Positions 17,698 through 26,633 of a DNA stretch of 64,000 nt are shown here, one piece after another. The DNA is from a virus, in IMG/VR virus record IMGVR_UViG_3300009503_000020, positions 32,001 through 96,000 of that record; one strand, 5' to 3'. The notes beneath the pieces were generated by a model that was given only the letters and a program-made list of their open reading frames with translations, was not told the origin of the DNA and made no database searches. Positions within the stretch are counted from its first letter, which is position 1, and the number at the start of each line of letters is the position of its first letter. A program made the translations under genes and the position numbers.

Positions 17698-17923
17698 AGC
17701 ATTATGGGAATGGTTTGGCAGAAGGATACGGAGCAAAGAAGAAGTTCCTCCAGGAATGGATTTCTGTGATAGTTGTGGAAGGCTATTCCCTAAAGAAGAA
17801 ATGCATCATGTGTTGATACCTGGAGAAGGAGAAGTAATTATATGTGAAGAATGCAGTGACAAGCCACCATCATCATTAAGATTCTTCTATAGAAGGTGGA
17901 GAAAGAAGAATGCAGAAGAGTAA
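17690..17923 (+). CDS. Zn-finger protein
   Basis: CDSC...CEEC. Confidence 0.6.
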   Translation: MHKALWEWFGRRIRSKEEVPPGMDFCDSCGRLFPKEEMHHVLIPGEGEVIICEECSDKPPSSLRFFYRRWRKKNAEE

Positions 17924-18329
17924 AGTATTCTATATAGATGGGTCTAGTACAGGCTTGTATGGGTTTTATGATCCAGAGACAAACCAGATGAACATCTTTG
18001 AAGACTATCCATGCACTAACAACCAAGGTGAGTGGTTAGCTTTATATTCTCTTGTATTGACCTTGCCTGAGTATTGGAGTGGAGTTGTGTATTCTGACTC
18101 TCAACTTATAGTGAACCAGTTCAATGGAAACTACAAGATTAAGAACTTGGAATTGAAGAGAATACATGACTTAGTTAAGACAGTCTGTTCAGAGAAGAAT
18201 CTGAAGCTAGAACTGAAGTGGGTCCCAAGAGAACAGAACATAGCAGGGAAGAAAATAGAGAAGGAATTGGCACATAGGAAGGTAAAGGTTTGGGAACACG
18301 AACGCATTCAAGCTTTCAATAAAGACTAG
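17910..18329 (+). CDS. rnhA: Ribonuclease HI-like protein
   Basis: YIDGS, TNNQGE, YSDSQL, WVPREQN. Confidence 0.88.
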   Translation: MQKSKVFYIDGSSTGLYGFYDPETNQMNIFEDYPCTNNQGEWLALYSLVLTLPEYWSGVVYSDSQLIVNQFNGNYKIKNLELKRIHDLVKTVCSEKNLKLELKWVPREQNIAGKKIEKELAHRKVKVWEHERIQAFNKD

Positions 18330-18337
18330 GTGAAAAT

Positions 18338-19891
18338 ATGCAGACTTTAATTCATTCAGGAGTGTATTTACCAACATATAATCCAATAGGTCTGACAATC
18401 AAGTTCAAAGGAAAAGAGATAGAACTAGAGCCTGAAGCAGAGTGCATGGCAATTGCTTTTGCTAAGAAATTTGATACACCATACTTAAATGATAATGTGT
18501 TTGTTACCAACTTCCTTCTAGACTTCTCTACCAAGCTAGGAATAGAGAAAGAAGATGGTTGTTTAGACTTAAAGAACTATGACTTTGAAGCTATCAAAAA
18601 ATACTTAGAAGAGACAAAAGCTAAGACAGAGGGTATGACTAAAGAAGAGAAGAAATTAGCTACTACTTTAAAGAAACAACTAAGAGAGCAACTGAAAGAA
18701 AAATATGGATATGCCTTAGTAGATGGAGTGAAGACTCCTGTAATGAATTGGGCAGTTGAACCTCCCTCGATATTTATGAGCAAAGGAAAGAACCCTCTCA
18801 GAGGACACTGGAAGAGAGCAATACGCAAAGAAGAGATTATACTTAATTCCTCTCAACCAATGGAAGGTTGGAATACAGTCTGGGAACCTAATGAGTTGTG
18901 GATAGCTAAATGGAAGGATGTCTTTGACCCTACTCGTTGGAAGTATGTCTGGTTGTCACCTGCCTCTCAGCTTAGACAAGAAAGAGAAAAGAAGAAGTTT
19001 GAAAAGGCAGAGAACTTAGCTAAGAATATTAAGAAACTAGAAGTATTCATAGACAAAGAACTGAAGAGTCCAGATGTAACTAGGAGAAAGCTAGCTACTG
19101 TATGTTGGTTAATGAAGAATTTAGGTATTCGAGTCGGAGATGAACGTATCGCAGGAGAACGTGGCACACTTGGTTGTACTACTCTCAAGGCAGAGAATGT
19201 CAAACTAGGTAAAGATGGTACAGTTTATCTAGACTTCACAGGCAAAGATTATGTTCATTGGATGAAGTCTTTCAAGCCACCAGAACAAGTCTACAAGAAC
19301 TTACAAGAGTTCAAAGAAACAGCTAAGGATGACTTTCTCTTTAAAGGACTTGACTCCAACAAAGTTTCTCGCTTCCTCAGAGAAGTCTTGCCTGGGATGT
19401 CAGCTAAGGTCTTCAGAACTTATCTAGCAGGAACAGTGTGGGATGAGAATGCTAAGGAGCATCTCAAGCTAGTAGATGGAAGAACTTCACTCCCTGTTAG
19501 ACTTTACCTGTTTAAGATGACTAACTTAGCAGTAGCCAAAACATTAAACCATAGAAGAGCCTTACCAAAGAATTACCAAGAGAGAATTGCTAAGAAAGAA
19601 GAACAACTAAAGAAGGAAACAGCTAAGCTAGAATCCTTGAAAGAAGCTCCTGAGTCTAAACTACTAAAACAACAGAGGAAGGCAGAGAAAATAGCTTGTG
19701 AGTTAAATCTCTTGAAAGAGACAGCAGAGTGGAACCTGAACACTAGTCTGACTAGTTATATTTCCCCTAAGAAGACACTCTACTTCTGCAAGAAAGCTGG
19801 ACTTAAACCAGAACAGATATATTCCAAGAGTCTCCAAGAGAAGTTTAGTTGGATAATTAAGAGGGATGAGGACGATACAGAGGAGAGCTGA
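18338..19891 (+). CDS. top1: DNA topoisomerase IB, eukaryote/TACK-like large form
   Basis: Catalytic pentad motifs IRVG, FTGKD, AKVFRTY, LNH, TSLTSY; coiled-coil linker; N-terminal TLIHSGV. Confidence 0.93.
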   Translation: MQTLIHSGVYLPTYNPIGLTIKFKGKEIELEPEAECMAIAFAKKFDTPYLNDNVFVTNFLLDFSTKLGIEKEDGCLDLKNYDFEAIKKYLEETKAKTEGMTKEEKKLATTLKKQLREQLKEKYGYALVDGVKTPVMNWAVEPPSIFMSKGKNPLRGHWKRAIRKEEIILNSSQPMEGWNTVWEPNELWIAKWKDVFDPTRWKYVWLSPASQLRQEREKKKFEKAENLAKNIKKLEVFIDKELKSPDVTRRKLATVCWLMKNLGIRVGDERIAGERGTLGCTTLKAENVKLGKDGTVYLDFTGKDYVHWMKSFKPPEQVYKNLQEFKETAKDDFLFKGLDSNKVSRFLREVLPGMSAKVFRTYLAGTVWDENAKEHLKLVDGRTSLPVRLYLFKMTNLAVAKTLNHRRALPKNYQERIAKKEEQLKKETAKLESLKEAPESKLLKQQRKAEKIACELNLLKETAEWNLNTSLTSYISPKKTLYFCKKAGLKPEQIYSKSLQEKFSWIIKRDEDDTEES

Positions 19892-20213
19892 AGAATTCTA
19901 CAAAGGACTTAAAGAAGGTACTTGGTATTGTTTCCTATCTTACAGAGGAGAACTTGTTTGGTCTAATGATGAGAACAAGGTATGGTGCTCATTACTTAAC
20001 GATACCAAGTTTGATAGCAAATGGAAGTGGAATGCAGAGGAATCTCTTTGGGAAATAACTCTTGTGCCTAATAAGTCCTGTTATGTAGATGAGATAAGAG
20101 TCGAAGTATTAACTAAGAATGGGCTAATCTATGAAAGAACTATTTCCTTTGCTCCAATTTATATTGACAAAGGTGATGACTTCATCTGTCAAATTAAATT
20201 TGAAGGGTGGTAG
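19866..20213 (+). CDS. Hypothetical protein
   Basis: ORF track. Confidence 0.55.
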   Translation: MRTIQRRAEEFYKGLKEGTWYCFLSYRGELVWSNDENKVWCSLLNDTKFDSKWKWNAEESLWEITLVPNKSCYVDEIRVEVLTKNGLIYERTISFAPIYIDKGDDFICQIKFEGW

Positions 20214-20482
20214 TTTTGAAGACTTGTATTCTTTGCAATGCACCAATAGAAGACGGACAAACCTTATGTGAGAAGTGCTTACATAGAACTCTAGAAGCAT
20301 TAGAGAAAGAAGGAGGAGAATTAGTGCATAAACTAAAAGGTAGAGCTAAGAGTGATTTAACTAAACTAATCCAAGAAATATGCAAACATTGTCCTTACTT
20401 TCACAAAGACATCTCAGACCCTGCTTGCTCAACTTGCACTTACAAAGAAAAAGAGAAGCTTATACGAGCTTTCTTGGAGTAG
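20207..20482 (+). CDS. Cys-rich Zn-binding protein
   Basis: CILC, CEKC, CKHC, CSTC. Confidence 0.6.
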   Translation: MVVLKTCILCNAPIEDGQTLCEKCLHRTLEALEKEGGELVHKLKGRAKSDLTKLIQEICKHCPYFHKDISDPACSTCTYKEKEKLIRAFLE

Positions 20483-20487
20483 TAGAG

Positions 20488-20742
20488 ATGCATAAACACA
20501 AGGTATCTGAAACTCGTATTCGAAGCCTTTTGAAGACTGTATCTGCTAGGTTATTGGAAATACTTATAGACACTCTTCTTTTAGGGGTAATTTACTCTCT
20601 TCTAGGGATATCTAGACCCTATGAAATAGCTTTTAGTTTGTCAGTAGTTATAGAATGCTTGTGTGCTCTTGCTACTTATATCAATGAGAGGTTGTGGAAT
20701 AAAGTTCAATGGGGTAGGGAAGTAAGAGATGTCAGCAGCTGA
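20488..20742 (+). CDS. DUF2061-like small membrane protein
   Basis: ET..RS..KT.S.R ... YINERLWNKVQWG pattern. Confidence 0.7.
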   Translation: MHKHKVSETRIRSLLKTVSARLLEILIDTLLLGVIYSLLGISRPYEIAFSLSVVIECLCALATYINERLWNKVQWGREVRDVSS

Positions 20743-21076
20743 TTCTTGTAAGAATTCTCTATACTTTCAAAACCATAAGAGATTATTGAAGTGCCCTTTC
20801 TGCGGGTATAAGATGTCATGGTATGTGATATTTGCTTATGATACTACTTTAAAATACTGGTATTGTACAAAGTGTGGCTGTCAAGTCCCTGACAAGGAAA
20901 GATACTCCAAAAGTGAGTTATCTGCTATTAGGAAAAGGTATAAAGCTTCTTTAAAGGAAGACATTGAGAAGCTAGAAAAACAACTAGAGAAGAGACGAGA
21001 AGCACTCTCTCTTTGGGGTAAGTTTATGTCAGAGAAGAAGAAGGTTGAACTTCTTGCAGAAGAACTCCAGACTTAG
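20729..21076 (+). CDS. Zn-ribbon plus coiled-coil protein
   Basis: CPFC...CTKC. Confidence 0.6.
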   Translation: MSAADSCKNSLYFQNHKRLLKCPFCGYKMSWYVIFAYDTTLKYWYCTKCGCQVPDKERYSKSELSAIRKRYKASLKEDIEKLEKQLEKRREALSLWGKFMSEKKKVELLAEELQT

Positions 21077-21425
21077 AATAATGTTCTACAAAGATCACAG
21101 GTTTCCTGTTGTCTCATATCTAGATGAAGAGAAATGGAAAGCTGGAGTGTTTTATTTTCATGATATTCCTATGTGGTTGTACTTCTGGAATTGTTTACAA
21201 GACTTTGAGAGCTGGGCTGATGACAAGTGTGTTGTCTTTTACTTACCTCAAGAAGCTTCAGAAGGAATTCAATTGCTGTTTGAATTCTTAGAGAAGAGGA
21301 AGGAAGCTCACCTTACTCCCGAATTGTTTAGTCTAATTAAAGACAAGAAATGGGATGAGCTAGCTGATACCTTGGCTGTACGTAAACTAGCTAAGAGGAT
21401 AGATGTGGAAAATGAAGAAAGTTAA
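21045..21425 (+). CDS. Hypothetical protein
   Basis: ORF track; the start may be internal (MFYKDH). Confidence 0.55.
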   Translation: MNFLQKNSRLRIMFYKDHRFPVVSYLDEEKWKAGVFYFHDIPMWLYFWNCLQDFESWADDKCVVFYLPQEASEGIQLLFEFLEKRKEAHLTPELFSLIKDKKWDELADTLAVRKLAKRIDVENEES

Positions 21426-21996
21426 AGTACCTACTGAAGAGCTTAGCTATCCATGTCCATCATGTGGTACCTACAATCTGCCTTACATGCACTCTAGAGA
21501 TGGCTATGCATACATGCTATGCAAGAAATGCAAGAAGCAGTATCGTACTTCAACAGCAGTGAGTGCTAACTTCAGGAAATTCTGCAGTAAGGTAGGATCT
21601 AAGCCAAATCGTTCACCTACATTCTACACTTCAAGTGAGAAGTCAGCTAAGCAGTACTTTGACAGGTTAGGATACAGAGAAGGGTTAGACTATTGGCATA
21701 ATGTAAGAGTTAAGTTGAATGGTACCTATTGCTGGTTGGACTTCTACTTCCCTAAGCTAGACTTGGCTGTTGAGATATCTCCTTCTGTGTGGCATAGAAT
21801 GTGGAACAGGCAAGAGGCAGACAAGAAGAAAGAAGATGCACTGAAGAAAGCAGGAGTAACCGTTATCTCATATCCTGAAGGCTGGATACGTAAGTTGAGA
21901 CATATAAAGAAACCAAAGCAGACTCTTGAGTATCTCACTAACCCAATGAACTTTGTCAGGAGAAAGCCTAAAGATGTTGTTCCGAAGAAACCCTGA
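21403..21996 (+). CDS. Zn-ribbon plus Vsr/DUF559-like endonuclease
   Basis: CPSC, CKKC; WLDFYFPKLDLAVEI...WH. Confidence 0.7.
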   Translation: MWKMKKVKVPTEELSYPCPSCGTYNLPYMHSRDGYAYMLCKKCKKQYRTSTAVSANFRKFCSKVGSKPNRSPTFYTSSEKSAKQYFDRLGYREGLDYWHNVRVKLNGTYCWLDFYFPKLDLAVEISPSVWHRMWNRQEADKKKEDALKKAGVTVISYPEGWIRKLRHIKKPKQTLEYLTNPMNFVRRKPKDVVPKKP

Positions 21997-22032
21997 AAAA
22001 GGCCATGAGTCAAATAATAAGGAGGGACAGAA

Positions 22033-22287
22033 GTGATAATTGAAGCTGTGGGATATCTTGGTATGGGACTAGTGTTAGCTACACTTTATCTAAGCAGAAA
22101 GCATTTCCTGGAATCACAAGTGTGCAGTCTAATAGGAGGAGTTTGTTTAACAGCTAATGCAACTCTCATTGGTCCACCTGCAAATCCCTTTCAGATACTC
22201 AATGGTATTTGGACTATCATAAGCATTTTCAATATCTACAAGACACTGAGGGAGAGAAATGTCAAAGCAAGAAAGAAAATGTCCTAG
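22033..22287 (+). CDS. Small three-TM membrane protein (CBU_0592-like)
   Basis: GYLG..LVL, IGG..L..NA, ILNGIW..IS. Confidence 0.6.
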   Translation: MIIEAVGYLGMGLVLATLYLSRKHFLESQVCSLIGGVCLTANATLIGPPANPFQILNGIWTIISIFNIYKTLRERNVKARKKMS

Positions 22288-22420
22288 CTGTGGTTCAACA
22301 GATGTCAAAGTCCTTTCTCTACCTTTAAATGATGAAGAGGAGTTTATCTATTGCAATACCTGTAAGAGTGTTAATGTAGTTACAAAGGTGAAAGTGAATG
22401 GGAAACAAACTAAAGAGTAG
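22259..22420 (+). CDS. 53-aa TFIIB-like Zn ribbon (not in ORF track)
   Basis: Manual translation MSKQERKCPSCGSTDV...YCNTCKSV...; SD GGGAG. Confidence 0.6.
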   Translation: MSKQERKCPSCGSTDVKVLSLPLNDEEEFIYCNTCKSVNVVTKVKVNGKQTKE

Positions 22421-22700
22421 AAAGAAATGTCCTTTCTGTTTCAGTGAAGGTTATTTGTATAAGACTAAGAACGGACTAATGAGACATGTTATGTTTAATC
22501 ATATGTATGATAATCATTACAAACTAGTTTACCCTGGTTCTTACACTTGTGTATATCTTAGAGTAGAAACAGCAAAAGGATCTACATTTATCAAGATAAA
22601 AGATTGGGCTGAGGTTGAAGAATTCCTTGAAGATTATGTAACAGGATATAGGAATCCAAGTAAGAGGAGTATGAGGTTCTGGAAATATGTCACACCCTGA
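22398..22700 (+). CDS. Zn-finger protein
   Basis: CPFC...RH...H. Confidence 0.55.
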   Translation: MGNKLKSRKKCPFCFSEGYLYKTKNGLMRHVMFNHMYDNHYKLVYPGSYTCVYLRVETAKGSTFIKIKDWAEVEEFLEDYVTGYRNPSKRSMRFWKYVTP

Positions 22701-23064
22701 AGAGAAAGAGTGGCAAGAGTTAGAGGAAACAGGAAAGAAATATGAGGATATACTGTCTGAGATAAACAAGCTCTTCAGGCAGGAAGTAAGGAAGTTAGGT
22801 GTTAAGAAAAACGTCATACCTATGAAGTATATTCTACCAAAAGGTTATATTACCAGGTTACTAGAATATCCTGTGTTCAGGAGAGCATGGGAAAGAAAAC
22901 TCCTCTGGATATATCTGAAAAGTGATGATGAAAGGGAAGGACAGTGGCACTGTGTGCAATCCTTCCCTAATATCGGAGGAGTTCCTGTTGAAGAAGGGTC
23001 TGAATTAAGAGTAGAAATAGTTAGAATACCTAGAAGAAAGAGGAAACCAAAATGCCAAGCATAG
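22687..23064 (+). CDS. Hypothetical protein
   Basis: ORF track. Confidence 0.55.
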   Translation: MSHPEEKEWQELEETGKKYEDILSEINKLFRQEVRKLGVKKNVIPMKYILPKGYITRLLEYPVFRRAWERKLLWIYLKSDDEREGQWHCVQSFPNIGGVPVEEGSELRVEIVRIPRRKRKPKCQA

Positions 23065-23615
23065 ACCTAGAGAGTATATTCAAGCAACGGAGACTAAGTA
23101 CTGTACCCATCTACCAGACACTGAAAAAGGATGAGATACATATCTACTTAGCTGGTCCAATCTCCTTTGCTGAAGATCTCCAGGACTACAGAAGGCAGCT
23201 ACGAGAAGGTCTAATGAAGATATCTCCAAAGTTTAGGATACATGATCCTTGGGAGAGAGAACAGGTTACTCATCCAACTAAGATAGACTTAGAGCCAGAA
23301 GGAATTGAAGAGAGAAAGCAGATGGCTGAAGAGATAATAACTACAGACCTGAAAGACATAGCTGCATGTGATATAGTACTAGCTTACCTATTTAGGATTG
23401 GAATGGGTAGTTCAATGGAGATCTTCTTTGCTTCAAGAATACTAAAGAAACCTGTTATAGTTATCTACCAACCAACTGAAGAAGGAAGTGGACATGTGCC
23501 TCTGTGGTTGCTAGGACATGCAAACTTGATATTTCAATCTAAGAGAGGTTTGTATGCTTGGTTAAGGAAAGCATTTGAGGAGTTGGGAGAAGATGAGAAT
23601 CAAATCAAAACCTGA
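23052..23615 (+). CDS. Nucleoside 2-deoxyribosyltransferase / nucleotide N-glycosidase-like protein
   Basis: IYLAGPI, DLKDIAACDIVLA, GSSMEIFFA, KPVIV. Confidence 0.85.
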   Translation: MPSIDLESIFKQRRLSTVPIYQTLKKDEIHIYLAGPISFAEDLQDYRRQLREGLMKISPKFRIHDPWEREQVTHPTKIDLEPEGIEERKQMAEEIITTDLKDIAACDIVLAYLFRIGMGSSMEIFFASRILKKPVIVIYQPTEEGSGHVPLWLLGHANLIFQSKRGLYAWLRKAFEELGEDENQIKT

Positions 23616-24201
23616 ACCAGAGACACCTGAAGCTCCAGAAACTTGGGAGATAGTTAGCAAACAAAGCCAAGTGGATGATACTGTAGAGATGACTCTCCTA
23701 AAGAATAACACTATAGTCTTACATGGAGAACTAACAGAAGACTTATGCAATAAAGTATGCAAACGACTTCTCTACCTAGCCTTCTCTGGAGCTAAAGAGA
23801 TAAAGATAATTCTCAATTCAGTTGGTGGAGAAGTGTACCATGGTCTATTGCTTTTCAATACACTAGAAGACCTAAAGAAGAAAGGCATTCAAATAGATAT
23901 AGAAGCTAGAGGTTTATGTGCTAGCATGGGTGTCCTCATTCTTATGGGAGGAAGCACTAGGACTGCAAGCAAGTATACCAGATTCTTGCTTCATGAGACT
24001 TCTTCATTCACATATGGTAAAGTATCTGAGATGAAAGAAGGAGTAGAGGAACTGGAACGCTTGAATGCTATGCTAGATGAGATAATAATAGAGAGGACTA
24101 AAATTAATGCTACTCTCTTGAAGAACAAGACAAAGAAACGAGAGTGGTGGCTAAGTGCTGAAGAAGCACTCAAGTATGAGATAATAACCAAGATTGTGTA
24201 A
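23593..24201 (+). CDS. clpP: ClpP-like serine protease subunit
   Basis: LNSVGG, GLCASMG (Ser), FLLHE (His), WLSAEEA. Confidence 0.88.
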   Translation: MRIKSKPEPETPEAPETWEIVSKQSQVDDTVEMTLLKNNTIVLHGELTEDLCNKVCKRLLYLAFSGAKEIKIILNSVGGEVYHGLLLFNTLEDLKKKGIQIDIEARGLCASMGVLILMGGSTRTASKYTRFLLHETSSFTYGKVSEMKEGVEELERLNAMLDEIIIERTKINATLLKNKTKKREWWLSAEEALKYEIITKIV

Positions 24202-24210
24202 AGTTTATAT
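24201..24210 (+). promoter_or_regulatory. Putative TATA box
   Basis: AAGTTTATAT about 25-30 nt before the next start; SD GGAGTGAGG. Confidence 0.55.
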
Positions 24211-24230
24211 TTCCTAGTAAGATAAAAGGA

Positions 24231-25229
24231 GTGAGGATGGAAATGCAAATAAATTCAGGAGTTGTTTTAGATACAAAAGAGTCAGAGATTCCTGTCATAG
24301 AAATTAAACCTAAGAAAGGAAAAACCTATGGTGAGATTTGTTTCATGGGAGACTGGCATCTTGGTAGTGGCAATTTCTCTCTTGGACAATACATAGAATA
24401 TGTCAAGTTTCTTTCTAAGCACCCAGAGATTAAAGTAGTCTTGATGGGTGATTTGATAGAGATGGGAAGCTTAAGTCCTTATGGAGCTTCAGAGGAGAAA
24501 GTAGGTTCGGTGCAGTTACTAGATGTTGTCAGACTCTTAGAGCCAATAAAGGATAGAATAATTGTAATGCTAGAAGGTAACCATGAAGAACGATTCTGGA
24601 GAGCTACTAAGGGAACTGACTCAATTACAAGGTCAATAGCAGATGCTTTGAAGATTAAACCATTACTACCTGGACCAGAGAGAGGACAACTCTTTATGAT
24701 TAAAATAGGTAAGCAAGTTTATTCTGTCTATGCAATACATGGTTCTACAGGAGCAACAGTCTACAAAGCTTCACAACTTGGTAAGATGTTTAGCAACATT
24801 CACACTTCACTAGCAGTACATGGACATAACCACCAGATCTTTAAAGATCATAGAACATATTATGGGGTAAGAGAGGCAGGAGGCAAATACTATATTTCAG
24901 TTCATGAACAGTATTGGCTCACTACAGGATGCTTTGTAAAGAATCTAGGATATGCTGAAGCCAAGTCTATGCCAGTAACTAAGATAGGAGCTCCATTTGT
25001 AAGGTTCTATGCTAACAGAGAAGCAATAGAGATAATAGATGACCCAAGGATAACCTATAGTGTAGGAACAGGAAGTGAAGCAAGATTAGAGGACTTAGGT
25101 CTAGCTGGACTTGACTTGTCAAAATATGAAGAGAGAGCAGGATTTGGTGGGACAGAAGTAGTCAAGAAGAGATGGAATGAGGTGAAGTTATGCCCTTCAG
25201 AGAAATTAAACGAGGAGCAGGAAAGCTAG
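24231..25229 (+). CDS. Calcineurin-like metallophosphoesterase
   Basis: GDWH, GDLIE, GNHE, IHG, GHNH. Confidence 0.88.
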   Translation: MRMEMQINSGVVLDTKESEIPVIEIKPKKGKTYGEICFMGDWHLGSGNFSLGQYIEYVKFLSKHPEIKVVLMGDLIEMGSLSPYGASEEKVGSVQLLDVVRLLEPIKDRIIVMLEGNHEERFWRATKGTDSITRSIADALKIKPLLPGPERGQLFMIKIGKQVYSVYAIHGSTGATVYKASQLGKMFSNIHTSLAVHGHNHQIFKDHRTYYGVREAGGKYYISVHEQYWLTTGCFVKNLGYAEAKSMPVTKIGAPFVRFYANREAIEIIDDPRITYSVGTGSEARLEDLGLAGLDLSKYEERAGFGGTEVVKKRWNEVKLCPSEKLNEEQES

Positions 25230-25486
25230 TAATCAGATCTGAAGGATATATCAAGATACCTATCCTTTATAGGCACGAATTCTCTAAGAATGTGAAGATC
25301 TTATTTGATCCAGAACAGAATCTTCTAGCCTTGCAACCATCTAATGACTTAGGTGATTATCCTATTACAAGATGGAGAATCTTCTGCACACAGTTCCTAA
25401 GAACCTACAAGATCTCCTCTCAAGAAATAGAAACCGTATGGGATAGAAAGAACAAGTACTTAATAGCAAGAGTAAAACGAGGCTAG
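25190..25486 (+). CDS. Possible AbrB/swapped-hairpin DNA-binding protein
   Basis: GYIKIP...LFDPEQNLLALQP pattern; weak. Confidence 0.4.
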   Translation: MPFREIKRGAGKLVIRSEGYIKIPILYRHEFSKNVKILFDPEQNLLALQPSNDLGDYPITRWRIFCTQFLRTYKISSQEIETVWDRKNKYLIARVKRG

Positions 25487-25497
25487 GAAGTGTAGAC

Positions 25498-25755
25498 ATG
25501 GAACCTTTAGAACTTGTGTTCAATCTAATAAATGTAGGATTCATAGGTAGTTTTGCTATCTATAGAACATATGTCAATTATAAGTCTCTGAAAGTGCAAC
25601 AGGTAATGCTAGAAGAATCAAGAGACTATTGGAACAGTTGGAAAGAGAGAAGCAAGGATGTAGCTAGGAAGGTATTAGAGGAGATCTCTACTGAAGATTT
25701 GAAAGCAGAACTTAGAAAAAGGCAAAGAGTGAGAAAGATAAAGAGGAGAAGTTGA
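25498..25755 (+). CDS. Single-TM coiled-coil protein
   Basis: N-terminal hydrophobic helix. Confidence 0.55.
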   Translation: MEPLELVFNLINVGFIGSFAIYRTYVNYKSLKVQQVMLEESRDYWNSWKERSKDVARKVLEEISTEDLKAELRKRQRVRKIKRRS

Positions 25756-25756
25756 A

Positions 25757-26230
25757 ATGTCTGAGCAGAAAAGAGTACCCAAATATGAAATTCTTAGGCA
25801 GATGAGGAAAAGGAAAAGAAGAGTGAAAATACAGTGTCCTATCTGTAAGGTAGAAATGAAGAGGAAAGGAAAGAAAGGAAGAGATGAGTATTTCAAGTGT
25901 CCTAAATGTAAAGGGAAACTGTTTAGCAATGGTATCTTTAAACAAGCTGTACCAAAAGATTCTCTAGACATTAGAAATTATCAGTTGAAGGAAGAGAGGA
26001 AAGAAATAGCTCTTAGGAAGTTAATTAGGAGACTTAAGAAAGAAAAATACTTAGGATATCACACCTTCCAGTGGGAAGGAAAGATAATAGACTTAAATGA
26101 CTATGATGTGGATGGTATCTCTTTTGCAGAGAAGAAGGAGGCAGAAGAAGCTAGGAAGAAACAAGAAGAGGAACTAAAGCAAAAGCAAGAACAAGAACAG
26201 AAAGAGGAAGGAAAACAGAATGTGTCGTAA
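25757..26230 (+). CDS. Basic Zn-ribbon protein
   Basis: CPIC...CPKC. Confidence 0.6.
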   Translation: MSEQKRVPKYEILRQMRKRKRRVKIQCPICKVEMKRKGKKGRDEYFKCPKCKGKLFSNGIFKQAVPKDSLDIRNYQLKEERKEIALRKLIRRLKKEKYLGYHTFQWEGKIIDLNDYDVDGISFAEKKEAEEARKKQEEELKQKQEQEQKEEGKQNVS

Positions 26231-26633
26231 CTGTGCATTTGCAATAGGAGACTCACCAAGCAACAGTGAAGAGTGCTCTATTTGTCTACGAAATCCAAAG
26301 ATAATCTCTCAAAAATTTGAACCTAAGATATACAATGAAGAGCAGATAGATAGACCAATTGATATGTATGTCTCAAAGGAGTTCTGGAGAATACTTCAAT
26401 CAGTAATCCTAAAAAGAATAACAAAAGCACTCTCTCAAAGAGATAAGGAAGTCATTCCTTGGTTCCCTTGGTATCCAACAACTTGGAATGACAACACTTG
26501 GAGCTTCCACCTAGTAGAAGAGGATCCTGTAAACTATGAGGTTAAAATCTCTACTCCTATTCCAATAGAGAAAAAGAACAGGAGAAGGAAAGGAAGGAAG
26601 AATGAAACTAAACAAGTCCCCATTCACAGTTAA
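26220..26633 (+). CDS. Cys-containing hypothetical protein
   Basis: CRNC...CSIC. Confidence 0.55.
   Translation: MCRNCAFAIGDSPSNSEECSICLRNPKIISQKFEPKIYNEEQIDRPIDMYVSKEFWRILQSVILKRITKALSQRDKEVIPWFPWYPTTWNDNTWSFHLVEEDPVNYEVKISTPIPIEKKNRRRKGRKNETKQVPIHS

Noticed and set aside
23593-24201. ClpP as the capsid maturation protease
   Set aside because: It lies in the plus-strand metabolic block, and a separate prohead protease precedes the MCP gene
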